From Azolla caroliniana (lineage: Eukaryota > Plantae > Polypodiophyta): a DNA stretch of 64,000 bases. Made by a program: the position numbers and the translations under genes. The first letter of the stretch is position 1; the number at the start of each line of letters is the position of its first letter. Below the pieces are notes generated by a model. It worked only from the letters and a program-made list of their open reading frames with translations. It ran no database searches and was not told where the DNA came from. Of this stretch, positions 1-14,000 are shown piece after piece. The stretch is taken from positions 24,924,001-24,988,000 of the forward strand of contig JBHGNT010000004.1 of assembly GCA_043228905.1 (NCBI GenBank). Direction: 5' to 3'.

Positions 1-217
1 AAGCCGGGGTTTAGCTGATGCTCATCCTCAAGAGCACTTATTTGCAGAGCCTAGTGAGGGAAACTCTTTTCCAGCTGTAATCCAAAGTTTGTAGTGATCA
101 TGGTTTGCATTCTACAGCCTGAGGTTAAGGTATGGATACGATGATAGAAAAGAACCAAAGTCTCCATTAAGGTTCCCAAGCAGAGCCATGACTTGAGCCG
201 CACACCATAATAAATCA

Positions 218-335
218 TCAATGGTTTTCTGCCACTATTTTTTTTAGACTTTCCCTTCTCAAGTCTGTATCGGTAAAAACAGCCTTGATGAGTTTTTGCA
301 CCTGGAGGGAGACGTTCTCTCTGTCTGTCACTGTC

Positions 336-388
<53 letters not shown>

Positions 389-3300
389 CACACACAATTC
401 TATGGCTTCGCTTTTGCTGCATTTTTAGGATCTCCCTCCACCATCTGCACCATTGACAATACAACTTAGCTCACATTCTCTTCAATGTGAAGCAAAGCAT
501 TGCGGCACAGGTTAAGAGATATGGACTGAATACTTGGCTCTGAACAAGAGGGAGAATAAAGAGTTTCAGACTTTGACACAATGCATTGTATACGACCAAG
601 TGGCCTGGGTCTTTCATTTATCTGATCTACACAAGAGCTAATCTGCCCTATAGATCTCAGTCAGTTTTAAAATGATCCTTGCAAGGTTCATTGGCAAACC
701 GCCATGTGTGTTTTTCAAAACTTAGCATGTATGAATTCTGAATTGAGTTAATTGGTTCATCGAATCCTGATACAAAATGGCCTAAATCTGGCTGTTGCTT
801 TCTATATAGCTCACATTTGATTTTTTGGACTTCCAATGAAATGAAATTCAGGTCTTGGGAATCTAATGATTATGTTGTTGGTGCGATAAAGTAGGACTGG
901 AACCAACATAAACCATATGGCAAATATGGAGATATTGACCTTTTACTGTGATACCTTGAACTATATATAGGATGCTAAGCTGTTTTTAATTGTACCAAAT
1001 CCTCATTATCTACAACCTGATTATTCTTGTTTGATCATCCAGTTCAGCTCTTGGGAGTCTAATGAGTATGTTTATGCAATAAAGTAAGGAACTGGACCCA
1101 ACCATAAATCATGTGGAAACCATGGAGGTACTGACTTTATGTAGTACGGACAATATGTGGAGTTCATAGATCGCTGAACGTAAGCTTAGCTCTGTTGGTT
1201 ACAAACAAATGAAATGAAGAAATATAGAATAAAATAAATAAATTGCTACTCAATCAATTAGAAATGCAGAGTAATTCATCTAAAAATTCTGTTGTATTTA
1301 TCTTCTTAAAATATTAGGAATACTGTAAGTGAGCTTGTACATAGTATGGGAATTAGCAGCATGTTTCAATTTCTGTTAGTATAATTGCTAATCCATGTCA
1401 TAGACATATTTAATTCATTTTTTCTCTCATAGTCTCATTTTACTTTAAACAAAAACTTAAAAGCGTAAATGCATTACTTAGATTACTGCAACCTTGAGCA
1501 CTGTGACCAACCAATTTTTTAGTAGATGAAGTTTTACTTCCATATTTGTCATTGTAGTTTTGTTTTTAATTTCAGAGCAAGGCCATTAACAAGCAGAATG
1601 AGCATTTGTTAATATCACCATTAATTGGCTGTAAGCATACATACCTCCATGAAAGAGAAGCCACAAGCAGTCAAGTTTCCACTTTCCCATGATTGTGTGA
1701 TAGATATCAATGACATGTCCAAAAGCTCTATATAGGATATTACAGAATTAGTACGATACAAAACACACAAAAAACGATGAAGAAATCTATCAAAACTTAT
1801 CATAAATTACCTGCTAGTCGTAGAAGCTTACACCAGGTTGGGACCAATGTTCCTATTTGTTCTAATGATGTTCCATCTGCTGACCCATCATCAACTAAAC
1901 TTTGCAGCAAGGGAAACAACTGGTCTTCTAAAGCAAAAATTAGCCTGCGAAGCTACAATGAGAAAAGCAAAATTCAATAGTTTCAGCAAAGATCAGATCA
2001 ACACATCAAAGATAATCCAACACTGCACCTGTTCTGTCTCTCTCATGTCGATGTCATCTTGGCTGAGAATTTCCGATGCCATACGATCTAATGCTGATGT
2101 CATCAGAAATGCCATTGATTTCACATAGGTACTGGGTATCATTATTGGTTTCCAGATCATGCGCACTTTCTCCAAGAGAAAAACTACCTAATCCCCAAAA
2201 TAGATGGCAATAAACAGGTGAAGTTTTTGCATAATTTAACGACAATATGATGAGCAGAAACTCTTACCATTGAATACACTTTCATTACACATGATGTCCA
2301 CTACAGATAGTCTAGGCATCTAAGAATGTTAAGCCTAGATTGATGTAAAAACTTCTCTAATATGGATTGTCTCAAAACACAATTATCTGGCATGCTTTCT
2401 TTAATAATGGATTTTATAATCGACTTAAAGATTGATTACGGTTCTGACAGAACTGAATGTAAGACTGCCATCTAAAGCAATGGTTCACTTACAGCAATTA
2501 GCCATAGAAATGGTTTCCTATAGAACTCTTTAAACCCTATACCAAAATATGTTAGTTATATCATTATTTCTTGATAGTAAGCATATTGGTTATATTAATA
2601 TTAAAATACAGATTCATAACCCAACCTGATCAATGGCGAGACTTGCCATTTCATACGAATGCAAATTGTTAGTATTTTGGAACCCATTTCCTTGATCAAG
2701 AGCCTGGATCATGATTGTAGTGCAAACATAAGCATGATTAATGACAAATATTTAGGTGTTTATGTACATAAAGTACACAGCAAAAATACCTCATCAAGGC
2801 TACAGCCAATCAATTGAATTTGCTGCCTCAAAACATCATCCGCCATTTCTTGGAAAAGAGGGAAGAGATCAACAAACACACAGCTTCCCTTTAGCTCAGG
2901 TGGGAAGGCTTCACGATACTGCAATTAAACACCAACATGATTACAACAATTCAAGTGAAACAAATGACCTCACAAAACTAGCTCAGAAACTCTATTTTAA
3001 ATGAATGCTTCACCAAATTCCGATAAAAGGAATAGCACAATACTTAGAAACGTGAAATGTTTTGGTGCTCTTTAAAATCCTCCTATATGAGAGAAAATGA
3101 ACACAGGCCACATGGAATGATATACACTAGCTCTCACATATTTCTTTCTATCAGAGATGATTGATATGCCACCTCATCTCAGATGGATATTATGGAACCG
3201 TAATGGTTGACAATTGCTTCTTTATAATGCAAAAAGACACACCATGTCTGCTATTGATTATCAAATATATTAAAATGAATAATGAATTGCGATTCATAAA

Positions 3301-6300
3301 CCATGATGCATTCATTGAACATGAAAGGTATGTCAGGACTTTCAACTGGGATATGACAACTCACTGTAAGAAAAAAAGAACTCCATACCTGATAAGAAAG
3401 ACCAAGACTCTCATGAGCAAGGTAAAGGCAGTCATTGTGATGAATTATTGCTTCCAAACTGATGCTCCGCAGCTCCTTGGAGAGCTGCATATACATCCAA
3501 TGGTTTTTAAGTCTGAAGAAGAAGTTATGGCAGTCCATTCACATGCATTTTTCTAACCTTTACAGGTACAATAGCAGAATAAAGAAGAAATGTGTCTCGT
3601 GCAGTGTGATAAAGCTCCACTGATATTCTTGGGCCCGCCAAACATGCATCCTATGCTTGCAAAAGACCTTAAGGTAGATATCACATATTTAAGTACAGAT
3701 GTCAATAGTAGAAATATGTACTTTTATTTATCACTACCTGCAAAACTCCGTGTATAATGTCCATCAGCTGCTTTGCAGCATATGAGATGGTACAGCTCTC
3801 TAGATGGAAAACCAATTCAGTTCTATTGGCTTTGTTCTCCAGAACTCTCTTCCCATCTTGAAAATTTTCATGTGATTCTTGTCCCTGAAGCATTTTACAC
3901 TCTCTCTAGTTAGGAAAGCTAATATTGAATGCTCTCATAAAAGATACAAATAAACCATTCATTGAGACCCTCACAATTCTACTTTTTAGCACTCATACAG
4001 GCAGATGGTGTGCTCTTAGCACACAGCTTCAGGACCACTACAAAAAGTTGCTGGATATGCTTTTGGGTGAATGTTGTGAAAACTAAAGTGATGGTCATCC
4101 AGATCTACAAACCAGAAATCCAGCTAGTAATGACAGATGAGCGGCAACTAATTGAGTACTTTATAGTTTTCTGTATCTAAGAATTGGTATACCCTCCAAC
4201 CATGCATATGGCACTATGTGCAAAGGAGAAAGAGCGCAAACAAGTCAGGATACTTCCAGTTTGAGAACTTACAGAAAAAACATTGAAGTCAGCACGGACT
4301 AATAAGCGCTGTGTTCTTGCCATAATTCGGTCTCTCTTTTTAGATGCAAAGTGTAATTCAACATCTGATACGAATTTTCCTAATTTATCACCATCAGATA
4401 ATAGCTTAGGAATAAGACCAACATTGCTGAGAGCCTTCTCAAAGTCATTTGTCATAGTTGTATACTCCTGGAACAGTACGACTTCTGATACTTCATTTGG
4501 CACAACCTAAACAAAACAAAATGGAGTTAGAAACAATGCACGTCCAAAAGTATATGCTATCTTAAGAAGGAAATAATAACCTCTAACTGGAAAAAAAACA
4601 TTAACTTTCCAAAACTGCTAGGCTGACATATAGTGCTACATTTTGAAATAAATACTAAAACTTGTCTCAATTTACCCTGCAGCATTTTGACGTACATCAT
4701 TCATATACAGCAAGATGTGTCATTCTCATAATTTTCTTTTTTCTGCATGTACTTACAATCTTGTAGTTTTTTTCAAAGTTCTTGTCATGATATGCTATAC
4801 GTCTAGGGTTCCAACTGTACTATCTTCATAGAAGCCCTTCCATCTTCATACAAAAATTGCTCAGTAAAAAATTAAAGTGCAGATGATTTGGAAATTTTTA
4901 CCTGAACAACATCATAAAGATGTAAGATAACCATCAATTGTTCAACCTAATTTGTCATATGCCAGACCCCAGTAGAGCAATTTCTAGGAGTATGAAACAA
5001 CTTCGTGGAGTGATTCTAGAGAGATCCATGGATATCTGTGAAGCATATCACCACACGCTAGCCCTAAGAAGATATTGAGAAGCAGTTATTATAATCACAC
5101 CCAGGTCATTTCGGGATGGTCATCTACAATCCTTGATGGGGAGGACATTTTTGGTGTTGATACCCACCTGAATAGTCTGAGATGCTCTAGGAATGTGTTG
5201 TTTTGATTGTCTTGTTCAGTATTAGGGTAGATCTTGCATCTACACAAGATACCGTTTTCGTTTTCATGTCATCAGTACAATGAGCTTTTTCTTTTTGCAT
5301 TGATGATATATCACACATAACAGTGTGATTGTAATACTTTGGTGTCTCGGAGAGGTTAATAAAGTCTTTATTTTTAAATTCCTAAAAAAATACAGTGTTG
5401 ACAACATCTATCTTTTCATATTACAATGCAACTGTGAGAAACTAAACACTGCTGAGAAAGAGTGCCATTTTATCCAAATACGTTTTTAAACTACCCAATA
5501 AGATTTATATGCATTTAATTGTCAATTCCTACAAAATTCTAGCATTTATTCATAATCTTTGATGAGCCATTGCTTCAAATTACAGGAGCTAGATTGAAAT
5601 CTACTGATATGAAATTTCAAAACTTTGCAGGTTACAATAATATGAGGATGCTTGAAAACCATCTAAAAATGAAGAGCTTGCCAATTTTTTCTATAGTCTT
5701 CCTTATATATACTTAACGAGAAATTGCTTTTTATCTGCCACTATATAATACACCCCTAATATCTAAGAGACAGGAAAAATTGAAGAGAGAACTGAGTTTT
5801 AATGCCAAGAAAAATATAACTGGACTATCTTTAAACACTAAATCTTGTCATAAGGGGATAAGATATAATCCCTCTCATCTTTGGACCCATCTAGTTTTGG
5901 AAGACTGCAGATTTTCTTAAGCTGCATTTGAAAAAAAAGACATTTATAATGATCATGCTTGCAAAATTTCTTTATTAATGTCATTATCTTCTTTTTCCTT
6001 GTAAAAGCCCAGGTTATAGAAAGAAACCTTTGAAAGATAACCTGATATGATTGCATCTGCAATTCGAGGCCATAGATATCTGCCTAGTTCTTTCATCCAA
6101 GCATCAGTGCTACAACATACATAGCGATAGAGAAAATCCACAATTTTGAGAAGTTTCGAGTACAATAAAGTCAATGCCATACCATCCTGCTAATCAAAGG
6201 CAGCCAGCTGTCACTGTAAATCCCCTCAATGTTTAGAATTATTGAAGTAGACCATTAGTAAAGACTTCCTTACTTCAAGATTAGACATTGGGCCCCATTG

Positions 6301-7608
6301 CAAGGTAATTGCATTACCAATTGAATCCTCTGTTAAGCTTATTCTTGCAGGCTCTTGTAAAATGCAACTAAATGTAGATTTCCACATTGTATCTGCAAGC
6401 TTTGAAAATGTTTTCCCTAGCAAGCCAATACTCTGTCAATTAAAAAAAAAAAAATTGCTCATACATTATAGCATTGATAATCCTTAAAATAAAGTCCATG
6501 AACCATCTCTCTAAGCTGTTCTTATCACCACAAAATGACAAGAACTCACTTGCATAGCTGTTAACAATGTAGGCACTTGAGCTTGATCTTGAACTCCCAA
6601 CCTCCTATTATCTTCGTCTATAAAAACGGTCTTTGCAAAAAGCTCTCTTAACTTATCTGAGATCTAATAAAGCCAAAACATCACGTTTTAGTTTTTTTAT
6701 ATTCAGCGTGAAAGGGAAGAAAATGTTGAATGAATTATCTTATTAATATCGAATAAATGATCTCAGGTTTCCTTGTTTACACGGTATTCATGGTTTACCC
6801 TCATCTCTGTAAGATAGCAGGCTTTCTACTTCTTTTTGCAAGTGCTCATGGCTAAGACGCTGACCTCTTAAAAGTTATTACGTTTCCTTGCTCACAGAGA
6901 ATGTTGAATACTCCTTTTATGGAATACTAAAACCAATTATCTTAGTGTTCCCTGTTCACAAAACAAAGTCATGGTTAACGCATTCACCTCTGTAAATTTA
7001 TTTGACCAGATATTCCTCAGAAGAGCATAAGGTTTGATCTCTTCCTCGATCACGCCCCTCTCATCTTCATCCATAGATTCGATCGAGATTCCAAGCTCTC
7101 CCCTTACATCCATCAAGCTCTGCAAACCTTCCATAATCTCTTCTCTCAATACCTGTTCATTCACCTTCTCCAGCTTCTGGTAAATCCGGGAAATCTTATC
7201 CACACTCAACAGCGCGTTCCTCTTCTCCTCAACTTCTCTGTTGGTGCTCTTTGTTTCCTCGACAAGATGGACCAATCTAGAGTAAAAGCCTACCAGATCC
7301 TGAGACAAGATTGGATCAACACCGTCAGCGATCTCGGAGAAGCAGGAGAGCGACGAAACGGCCTGTTTCATGACGTTCCCGAAGTCGTCGCGCTGCGAAG
7401 AAACGCAGGCGCGGAGGCGAGATTTGATCTGCTGGGAGCGGAGGTTCATCCGATTCATGAGGGAGCGAAGGTCGGAGGCGGAGAGAGGGGAGGAGGAGGA
7501 GGAGGAACCATGAGAGTTGTCGGCCTGGGGGAGGCCGAGAAGCGAGGTCAGATCCGAGGAGGACGAAGAAGAAGAAGAGAATGATAGCTCGGATTCCGCC
7601 ATGGCCAT
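218..7608 (-). CDS. ZW10: Centromere/kinetochore protein ZW10 homolog (RZZ and Dsl1/NRZ complex subunit), 14 exons, complete
   Basis: Exons spliced by hand, all GT-AG and in frame: 7608-6988, 6663-6550, 6432-6274, 6186-6028, 4506-4273, 3884-3738, 3650-3558, 3484-3389, 2918-2790, 2703-2626, 2187-2029, 1952-1811, 1727-1645, 301-218 (TGA). Plant ZW10-type motifs: VELHFASKKR, LYHTARD..LLY.AIVPVK, HNDCLYL, LEKVRMIW.P, ELLDMSLISITQSWESG, LIKAVFTDTDLRRE. Confidence 0.93.
340..385. repeat. (CT)n microsatellite in last ZW10 intron
   Basis: About 23 CT units seen directly. Confidence 0.95.
852..1140. repeat. Diverged direct duplication (~95 bp, two copies) in ZW10 intron
   Basis: tcttgggaatctaatgattatgtt...taaagtagga.ctgga.cc..ccataaa.cat.tgg at ~852-945 recurs at ~1048-1140. 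Confidence 0.8.
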
Positions 7609-7621
7609 AGCCTCTCATCAA

Positions 7622-7830
7622 GCTCTTCTTCTTCTTCTGTCTTCCTTCTTCTTCTTCTTCTTCTTCTTCTTCTTCTTCTTCTTCTTTCTGTATTTACTAT
7701 TCTGTCTTCTGTCTTCCTTCTTCTTCTTCTTCTTTCTTTATTTACTATTCTGTCTTCTGTCTTCCTTCTTCTTCTTCTTCTTCTTCTTCTTCTTCTTCTT
7801 CTTCTTTCCTTGTTTATTTACTATTCTGTC
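7622..7830. repeat. Compound (CTT/GAA)n repeat with three copies of tatttactattctgtc, immediately 5' of the ZW10 ATG
   Basis: Direct inspection. It explains the poly-F ORF 7517-7888. Confidence 0.9.
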
Positions 7831-9671
7831 ATTCTATGAAGAAACTATGAGAACTTCCTCACCAATTCCAGCTTCACACGCCGGCTAGCTCTAGACCCAA
7901 GTCATTGCCACCACTAATCAGTAACCTTCACCCTTGTATCTCTCGTCTCTTTGTTCTGTATTCTTATGTTAATGGAAACACTCCAATGTTGATACTGAAG
8001 AGATCGAGCCTTAACCTACGAGAATGCCTTTTCTTGTGGATTCTTTCCTTGACTCTCTCGCATGAAAAGAAATCATCCTAAGGGAAGACAATGACGAGAT
8101 CCCTACATATGCTTGGCAAAAGAGTTAATAGATTCCAAACATTTAAGTACGTCCACCATACAATAGTTGGCTAGGGATGTGTGGATTTTTCATTGTGTCA
8201 AACCATTACTTGTATTTATGATTGAGTCTTTGGGATATTAGATTCAACTGTTTATTCGCTCATGGCTCAATCTCAAGCTTTTAGCAATGTAAGCCAAGAT
8301 ATAACCCATCAACTAGACTATTTACAATGTGGAAAAAGTCATGATAGAAGCAAAGGAATTACAAGAGATCCTAAATCAGAAGGGAAAAAAAGGGAGAAAT
8401 TGGAGTTATTTTGCTTGAAGGGGAGACAATGATGCCACAAGAGAGAAAACATAGTATAGAAAGAGTTGACAAAGAGACTACCTAGAGATGTTTGCTACTA
8501 TAGAACTTGTTGATGCCTACCTTCTAAGTATTTGACAATTGCTAAGTTCTATTGTGATATTAAGTTTTTTCTTGATGGAAACATTAATCCTACTTTATCA
8601 ATAATCCACATCATTAGTTCTATATTAGCTCACCCTTTAATCAATGAGAAACATGGTTAAGGCACAAAGACAAGAGAATTGATGTCAAACCAAGACTAAA
8701 ATAGATAAAGTCTACAGGAAAAAGAGCTTTAGAGCAAGCTATGCATTACCCAATCACAAATGACTTCAACTAAACCCCCCAGCTATAATGACTCTTAAAA
8801 CCTTGATTAAGGATAATTTGTAAAAGTCATAAAGAGAACACTTAGGAAAAGAACCATGAACCCTCTTACCATATGTTAAATGAAAACAACAGATGTCATC
8901 AAGCCAAGAATAATAATGTTTGAGTGAGCCTTTCCTGGCCTAATTCATGTTTCCACAACGGACAAACAGCAGCAGATGACTTATAAAAGGAGTGCAAGAT
9001 GCATCCATTAGTCCAATTAAGTGACTTCACAAAAATACCCAGAGAGCAAATTGCAGCATCAGTAAGCCTAAACATGGCACTTTTGTTAATAGAGACTCCA
9101 ATAAGGTTTGGAGGTTTACTATATGCAATAAACGGCATGGTACAATGCTCACATGTCGCTAATCGTTTACACATTTTGATTTCTACATCTAGTCTTTACA
9201 TAGCCAGATTCTGGGTAGTTAGGATTGATCAAGCCAATGGAATGGCGATTACCACCCAAGGAAGTGTCTACGACAACTTGTGTATGGACTTGAACCCTCC
9301 TCTTTGAGAACAGGAGCATTATGAATATACTTTAAAGCTTTGAGACTTGGTATAGATCATTAATTTCACATAGTTTCAGGTTTATCAATGTTCCTGATAG
9401 ACCCAAATGTCTAGAAAATTAAAGTTTAACTGGAACCTAATAATTAACATTCCTGTCATACTCTTTTTTGATAGCAAACCCTATGCTATATATATTAAAC
9501 GTGCCCTTTCTCATCCAGATGCCTATATTATCTGAAAATGCCTTCCAACCTCAACAAGAGATATAAAAAACTCCTCGGATGGATGATGAGAAGGAAACAA
9601 TGGCTTTTCAATATGTCCGTAGGACTATGATGAGGAGGCTCACTTGGTCTTAAGAATCAAAGGACCATCGC

Positions 9672-10946
9672 TCATAATACCGGTGGAGAATCGGCAGCAG
9701 GGAGTTTTGTAGGGGGTAGATGTGATGAAGAGGGATCTTCCATTAAACTCTCAACTTCAAGATTTTCAAAGGATATATTCACATCAAACCCTGCTCCTGC
9801 CAGTGATGGAGCTGGCGAGCTAGGCATCTCTTTCAAGCCAAAATCATATGGAATGCCTTTGCCTTGAGGGATGGACTCTACACCCGGTTTCTGATGAAAA
9901 AATCTTGAGACCGCTTTCGTTTGAACAAGAGGACTTTTCCGCAATTGCAACACAGCATTCGGCACCTCGTGATTCATATAAGAACTACTCTTCAGCTCTG
10001 GAAATGACCGGAAATCATATGCTTCTTTGGAAGATATGCTTGTAGAATTAATTCTACCCAAGGGAGATGGCATTGCCTCTTCTTTTGATGAGTCTTGTTC
10101 ATCAAGATTATCAAATGATATGTTGATATCAAACCCTCCTCTAGCCTCTGCCGGGAGAGGGGTGATGGGCATAATATTCTTCAAGCCAAAATTATAGGGA
10201 ATGCCTTTGAAAGGAGGGATTGATTCCATGCCTACCTTGTTGTGGAATAAGCCATTAGAGGCCAAATTGAGGCTTCTCAGAAGAGGATGGCGCTTTTGTC
10301 TTCGCAACATGGAGCTTGGCACCTCATAATTCTCATAGGAGCTACTCCTGAGATCAGGAAGTGTCCGGAAATCATATCCTTCTTCTGTCTTCTCCTCCGA
10401 AGAGATGGTCTCAATGCTCGCTGAAAATGAATCTTCTTGTTCTTCAGGAGGAATCGTGGCATTGCTAACCAAACGTGATGCTTCATTGAGTTCGCTTCTC
10501 AATGACAAAGCTTCTTTCGGATATGCGACGGCATCCTTTTCTGAAGACAATGCTTCTGATAACATCACTTGTGATGATGGTGAACCTCCTTCAGGGCTTC
10601 TGATAACATCTTTTTTGGACGAGTAAGCATTCGATGCCATTGCATTAGATGAGGTAGAAACTTCTTCTGATCTTCTGATACTACCATTGTTGGATGAAGG
10701 CGCCACCGATGCCGTTGTTTCTGATACCAGACCTTCAGATACCATTGCTTCTGCTGCAAACCCCGCATGATTGCGTCTGACACCGTTTCTGCACGGGAAA
10801 ACAAATCATAAGTTCCTTCCAGAAGACACATCTAAGAAGAAAAAGAAGAAAAAGAAGGGTAGTTACCTGTCAGAGAAGAGGTTAGAGTCGAAGGAACGAT
10901 GAAGAGGAGAGCGTGCCCAACGCCTGCAGATCATCATCGTCACCAT
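9672..10946 (-). CDS. Uncharacterised ~398-aa protein with probable organellar (mitochondrial) presequence and two tandem ~119-aa repeats
   Basis: Exon 1 10946-10867 (MVTMMICRRWARSPLHRSFDSNLFSD), 78-nt GTAACT...GCAG intron, exon 2 10788-9672 joining in frame to the 357-aa ORF (R-NGVRRNHAGFAAEAMVSEG...). Long stop-free frame. The repeats are conserved at the amino-acid level. Confidence 0.8.
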
Positions 10947-11047
10947 GGGTGTATGGAGATAAATAGCAGGGATTTAGCCAAAGCTCGGTAAGAAAATGCA
11001 GACAGGGGCGGACTTTATCTTCGCTAATGTGATCACCTGGTTTTAGC

Positions 11048-11098
11048 TAGGGTTTGGGAAAGTAAACCCTAACCCTAGAAAGGGTTTAGGGTTTAGGG
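11048..11098. promoter_or_regulatory. Telo-box (AAACCCTA/TAGGGTTT) cluster ~100-150 bp upstream of the orphan gene
   Basis: tagggttt, aaaccctaaccctag and agggtttagggtttaggg within 50 bp. Confidence 0.65.
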
Positions 11099-14000
11099 AC
11101 ACTTATCAATAAGAGGAACATACAATTGATCACAATGAGAAATTGGGAACAGAGTATGTACATATTAACCTTCACTACGGAGTGTAGTAGCAGGACGACA
11201 CGGCCTCGAATCAAAACCGGAAATCTACGTAACAATTATATGCACAAGACATCCTCGGACATTCCCCAGCTGCCCAACTCGTATGTTTCGATTACATCGA
11301 TCGGACATCTTGGTCGAATATCGTTCGATCATCCGCCCGTTATCTCATTTTTAACTGTCGAAAGATCGCGCGACGCGTTCTTCCTCTGCCTGTTGTTGAC
11401 ACCATTCTAGATTCGGATGCCAAAAAAATGTTCTAGATACCCAAGAATTATGCATCCCCAACTTGCCAATGACTCTTCCCTGTATCCTTTGCTTCATTCA
11501 ATCCAAGTCGCGTCTTGCGTTTCAACAGTATATGAGACTTCTCCCCAAGAATTTTTATACTTTTCTAATCCTAGAGAGTAACACAATAGACCTAGGTTTC
11601 TTATCTTAAACTCAAAGCTCAACTTTTACTTAATCCCATCCAAATAGGTTGAGTATTCCCCATGAGAACCAAGATTTTCCACGTACTGTACAAGGAAGGT
11701 TATCAACCTACCTTCAAATTTGGCGTAGACTACAACACTCGTTAGCATCTCTTGAGATTGGTCTCGATGTGGGACTTATCCCTGTGCTTGTACAATGACT
11801 TTGGTACTAACTTCAACCCATAAAGAGTTTTATGCATAATCAAGACTTTTATTTATTTATACTAACATCAAAACTTTGTTGGCTTAGGGCTACCTCCTTG
11901 AAATAGCCATTTAGATAGCATTTTTGACATCCATTTTGGTTAAGTTGGCAAAAGTTTCTCTATGAATATTGGTAGGATTGCTTGCATTGCATTCAAAGTG
12001 AATGATTCTTTGATCTCTACTCAATGCCTCTACGTAGACATCTTGACTTCGAAATTTGATTTTAACTTTCAATAAACCCATAAGTTTTGTGCTTAGTTTG
12101 ACAAACCCACCTTGTCTCAACGACCTTCTTTTATAGATGATCCATCCAATCCCAAAGTCTTTTTGCATATTCTTTTTTTCGCTCAAACTCCTTAGTGGTC
12201 TTTCATCACGGATGTTGAATTTACTCTTTGTTATGGGCATAACTCTACAAACCAATTCTACTTAATTTTAAAGGGTTAAGGATATGATAGTCGAGAAACC
12301 AGTTATCCTAGGATTCATGACAAAACCATATGGACCTATAACATGTGGGCACATAGTTTGGGAGCCTTATGTGTTGGATTATATAAAAGGGACTAGCTAC
12401 CCCTTCATTTCAACATCACAAGAGTTATCGAGACTGTATTGGGGAGGCTTAGCTCTATTCCTCAAATTCATATTCAGTGGGACGAGACATCAATGGTATT
12501 TTATGTTCCTTTCATGTTGTTTGCTCAAGGTGGTTAGTGTGGTTAAGTATCCTTAATCCATTATTCTCCTTAATCTATCTCTTCTTTTTTGTCATCATTA
12601 GTTTGATATGTAACTCTCCTCCATAAGGCCCAATTCCTTCAACATCATTCGGAGACATACATTGTAAGTGTTGGGCTGTTAATTTGATTTGGTGGACAAT
12701 TCGTGCTTGCTCTTCTATTATCCTCAAATCTACCATCAAAATTACTATTCACATGCTCTTTCAGGATTGTTAGCACTGATCCATCCACTTAGGAAGCAAC
12801 ATTTATATGGGACTAGGTTGTTGGAAGCTCATCTAGTTCCCCAATCCTAAATTTTGACCGTTAAGAGGGGCACCCTTCTTATGTTGTGGATATCATCATG
12901 TATGAGATGGCATGCAACTACCTCATGTGCAATTACATCATATTACATCTATGACACATTTCTCAATGTAATATGCCACATATCCAACCTTTATTTCATG
13001 CCATATATTCATGCTTTGATGTCAATTTATGTGCCACTACCTCTGCATGTAGTTTATATCAATCGTATTCATAGTACATTTCTTGACATTAGGTGCCATA
13101 TATCCAAAGTTTCATTGCATAACAAGTATTATCCAGAATTTGGGTATGAAACTTGCATGTATTAATCATGTACTTTTAAGAGCCAATGATGTGTGGATAA
13201 TAAATTTGTGTCAACATAATGCTTTCACATTGTATGAGGTTGTATCTTTTAAGCATCAATGCACTTAAACATACTAATATCCACCCCTTGATATCAAAAA
13301 GACCTAGCATATTGTTGATTCTTTAAGTTTAGGTTGAGAAAATCCAATTATAGACATATGAAATATGTAACAGTATTGTTTGCAGCAAACATGAAATAAT
13401 AGAACAATTACAACATCAAAAGAACCATGGTAGATTACCACTAAACTGTATTAATAACACTACCTTTCTACGAAGGATAGGATTGTATTTTCAACATTAG
13501 CTAGCATTTGTAGAGTTGATATTCTCAATAGTACATGATTTGATATTTTCTCTATTGTTTACCGTAGGTTTTATATTTCATCACAGAGAAACCTCAATAG
13601 AATGTAGGCATACTAGACATCACATGATATACAACACTTAAAAGCATTGAAATATTATTCAAGTGTACAAATAATGTAATCATACAAAAATATTCTAAAT
13701 TTCTTTAAGAACATCATATACCACCAAGCATGACACATTATGTTTGAGATACTTACATTTCCTTCTATATTATACTTTGAAACGCTTCGGAAATCATTTC
13801 AAGCACACCCAATCATGTATTTATTTATTTATCCAAAAAGAAGAAGCTACTTTCCCATTAGTTAGCAAGATTATTATAGAAAGACTATACAAGGTGGCTT
13901 ACACATAAATCAGGGAATCACCCTTTGACCGAGCTCAAGAATACAAGATACATACATATCCTTTCAAATTGACTACTTAATGTAAGTAGGTACCTATAGC

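Noticed and set aside
4960-5390. Possible retroposon 3' tail ending AATAAA...A7 in a ZW10 intron
   Set aside because: No TSD or coding motif identifiable without a database.
10832-10866. 35-nt mini-intron using the TTAG acceptor at 10832
   Set aside because: Too short for a plant intron and leads to an early stop; the acceptor at 10789 gives a 78-nt intron in frame with the long ORF.
11174-11420. CACTA pentamer and CpG-rich stretch suggesting an En/Spm end
   Set aside because: No matching TAGTG end with a 3-bp TSD and no transposase remnant found.
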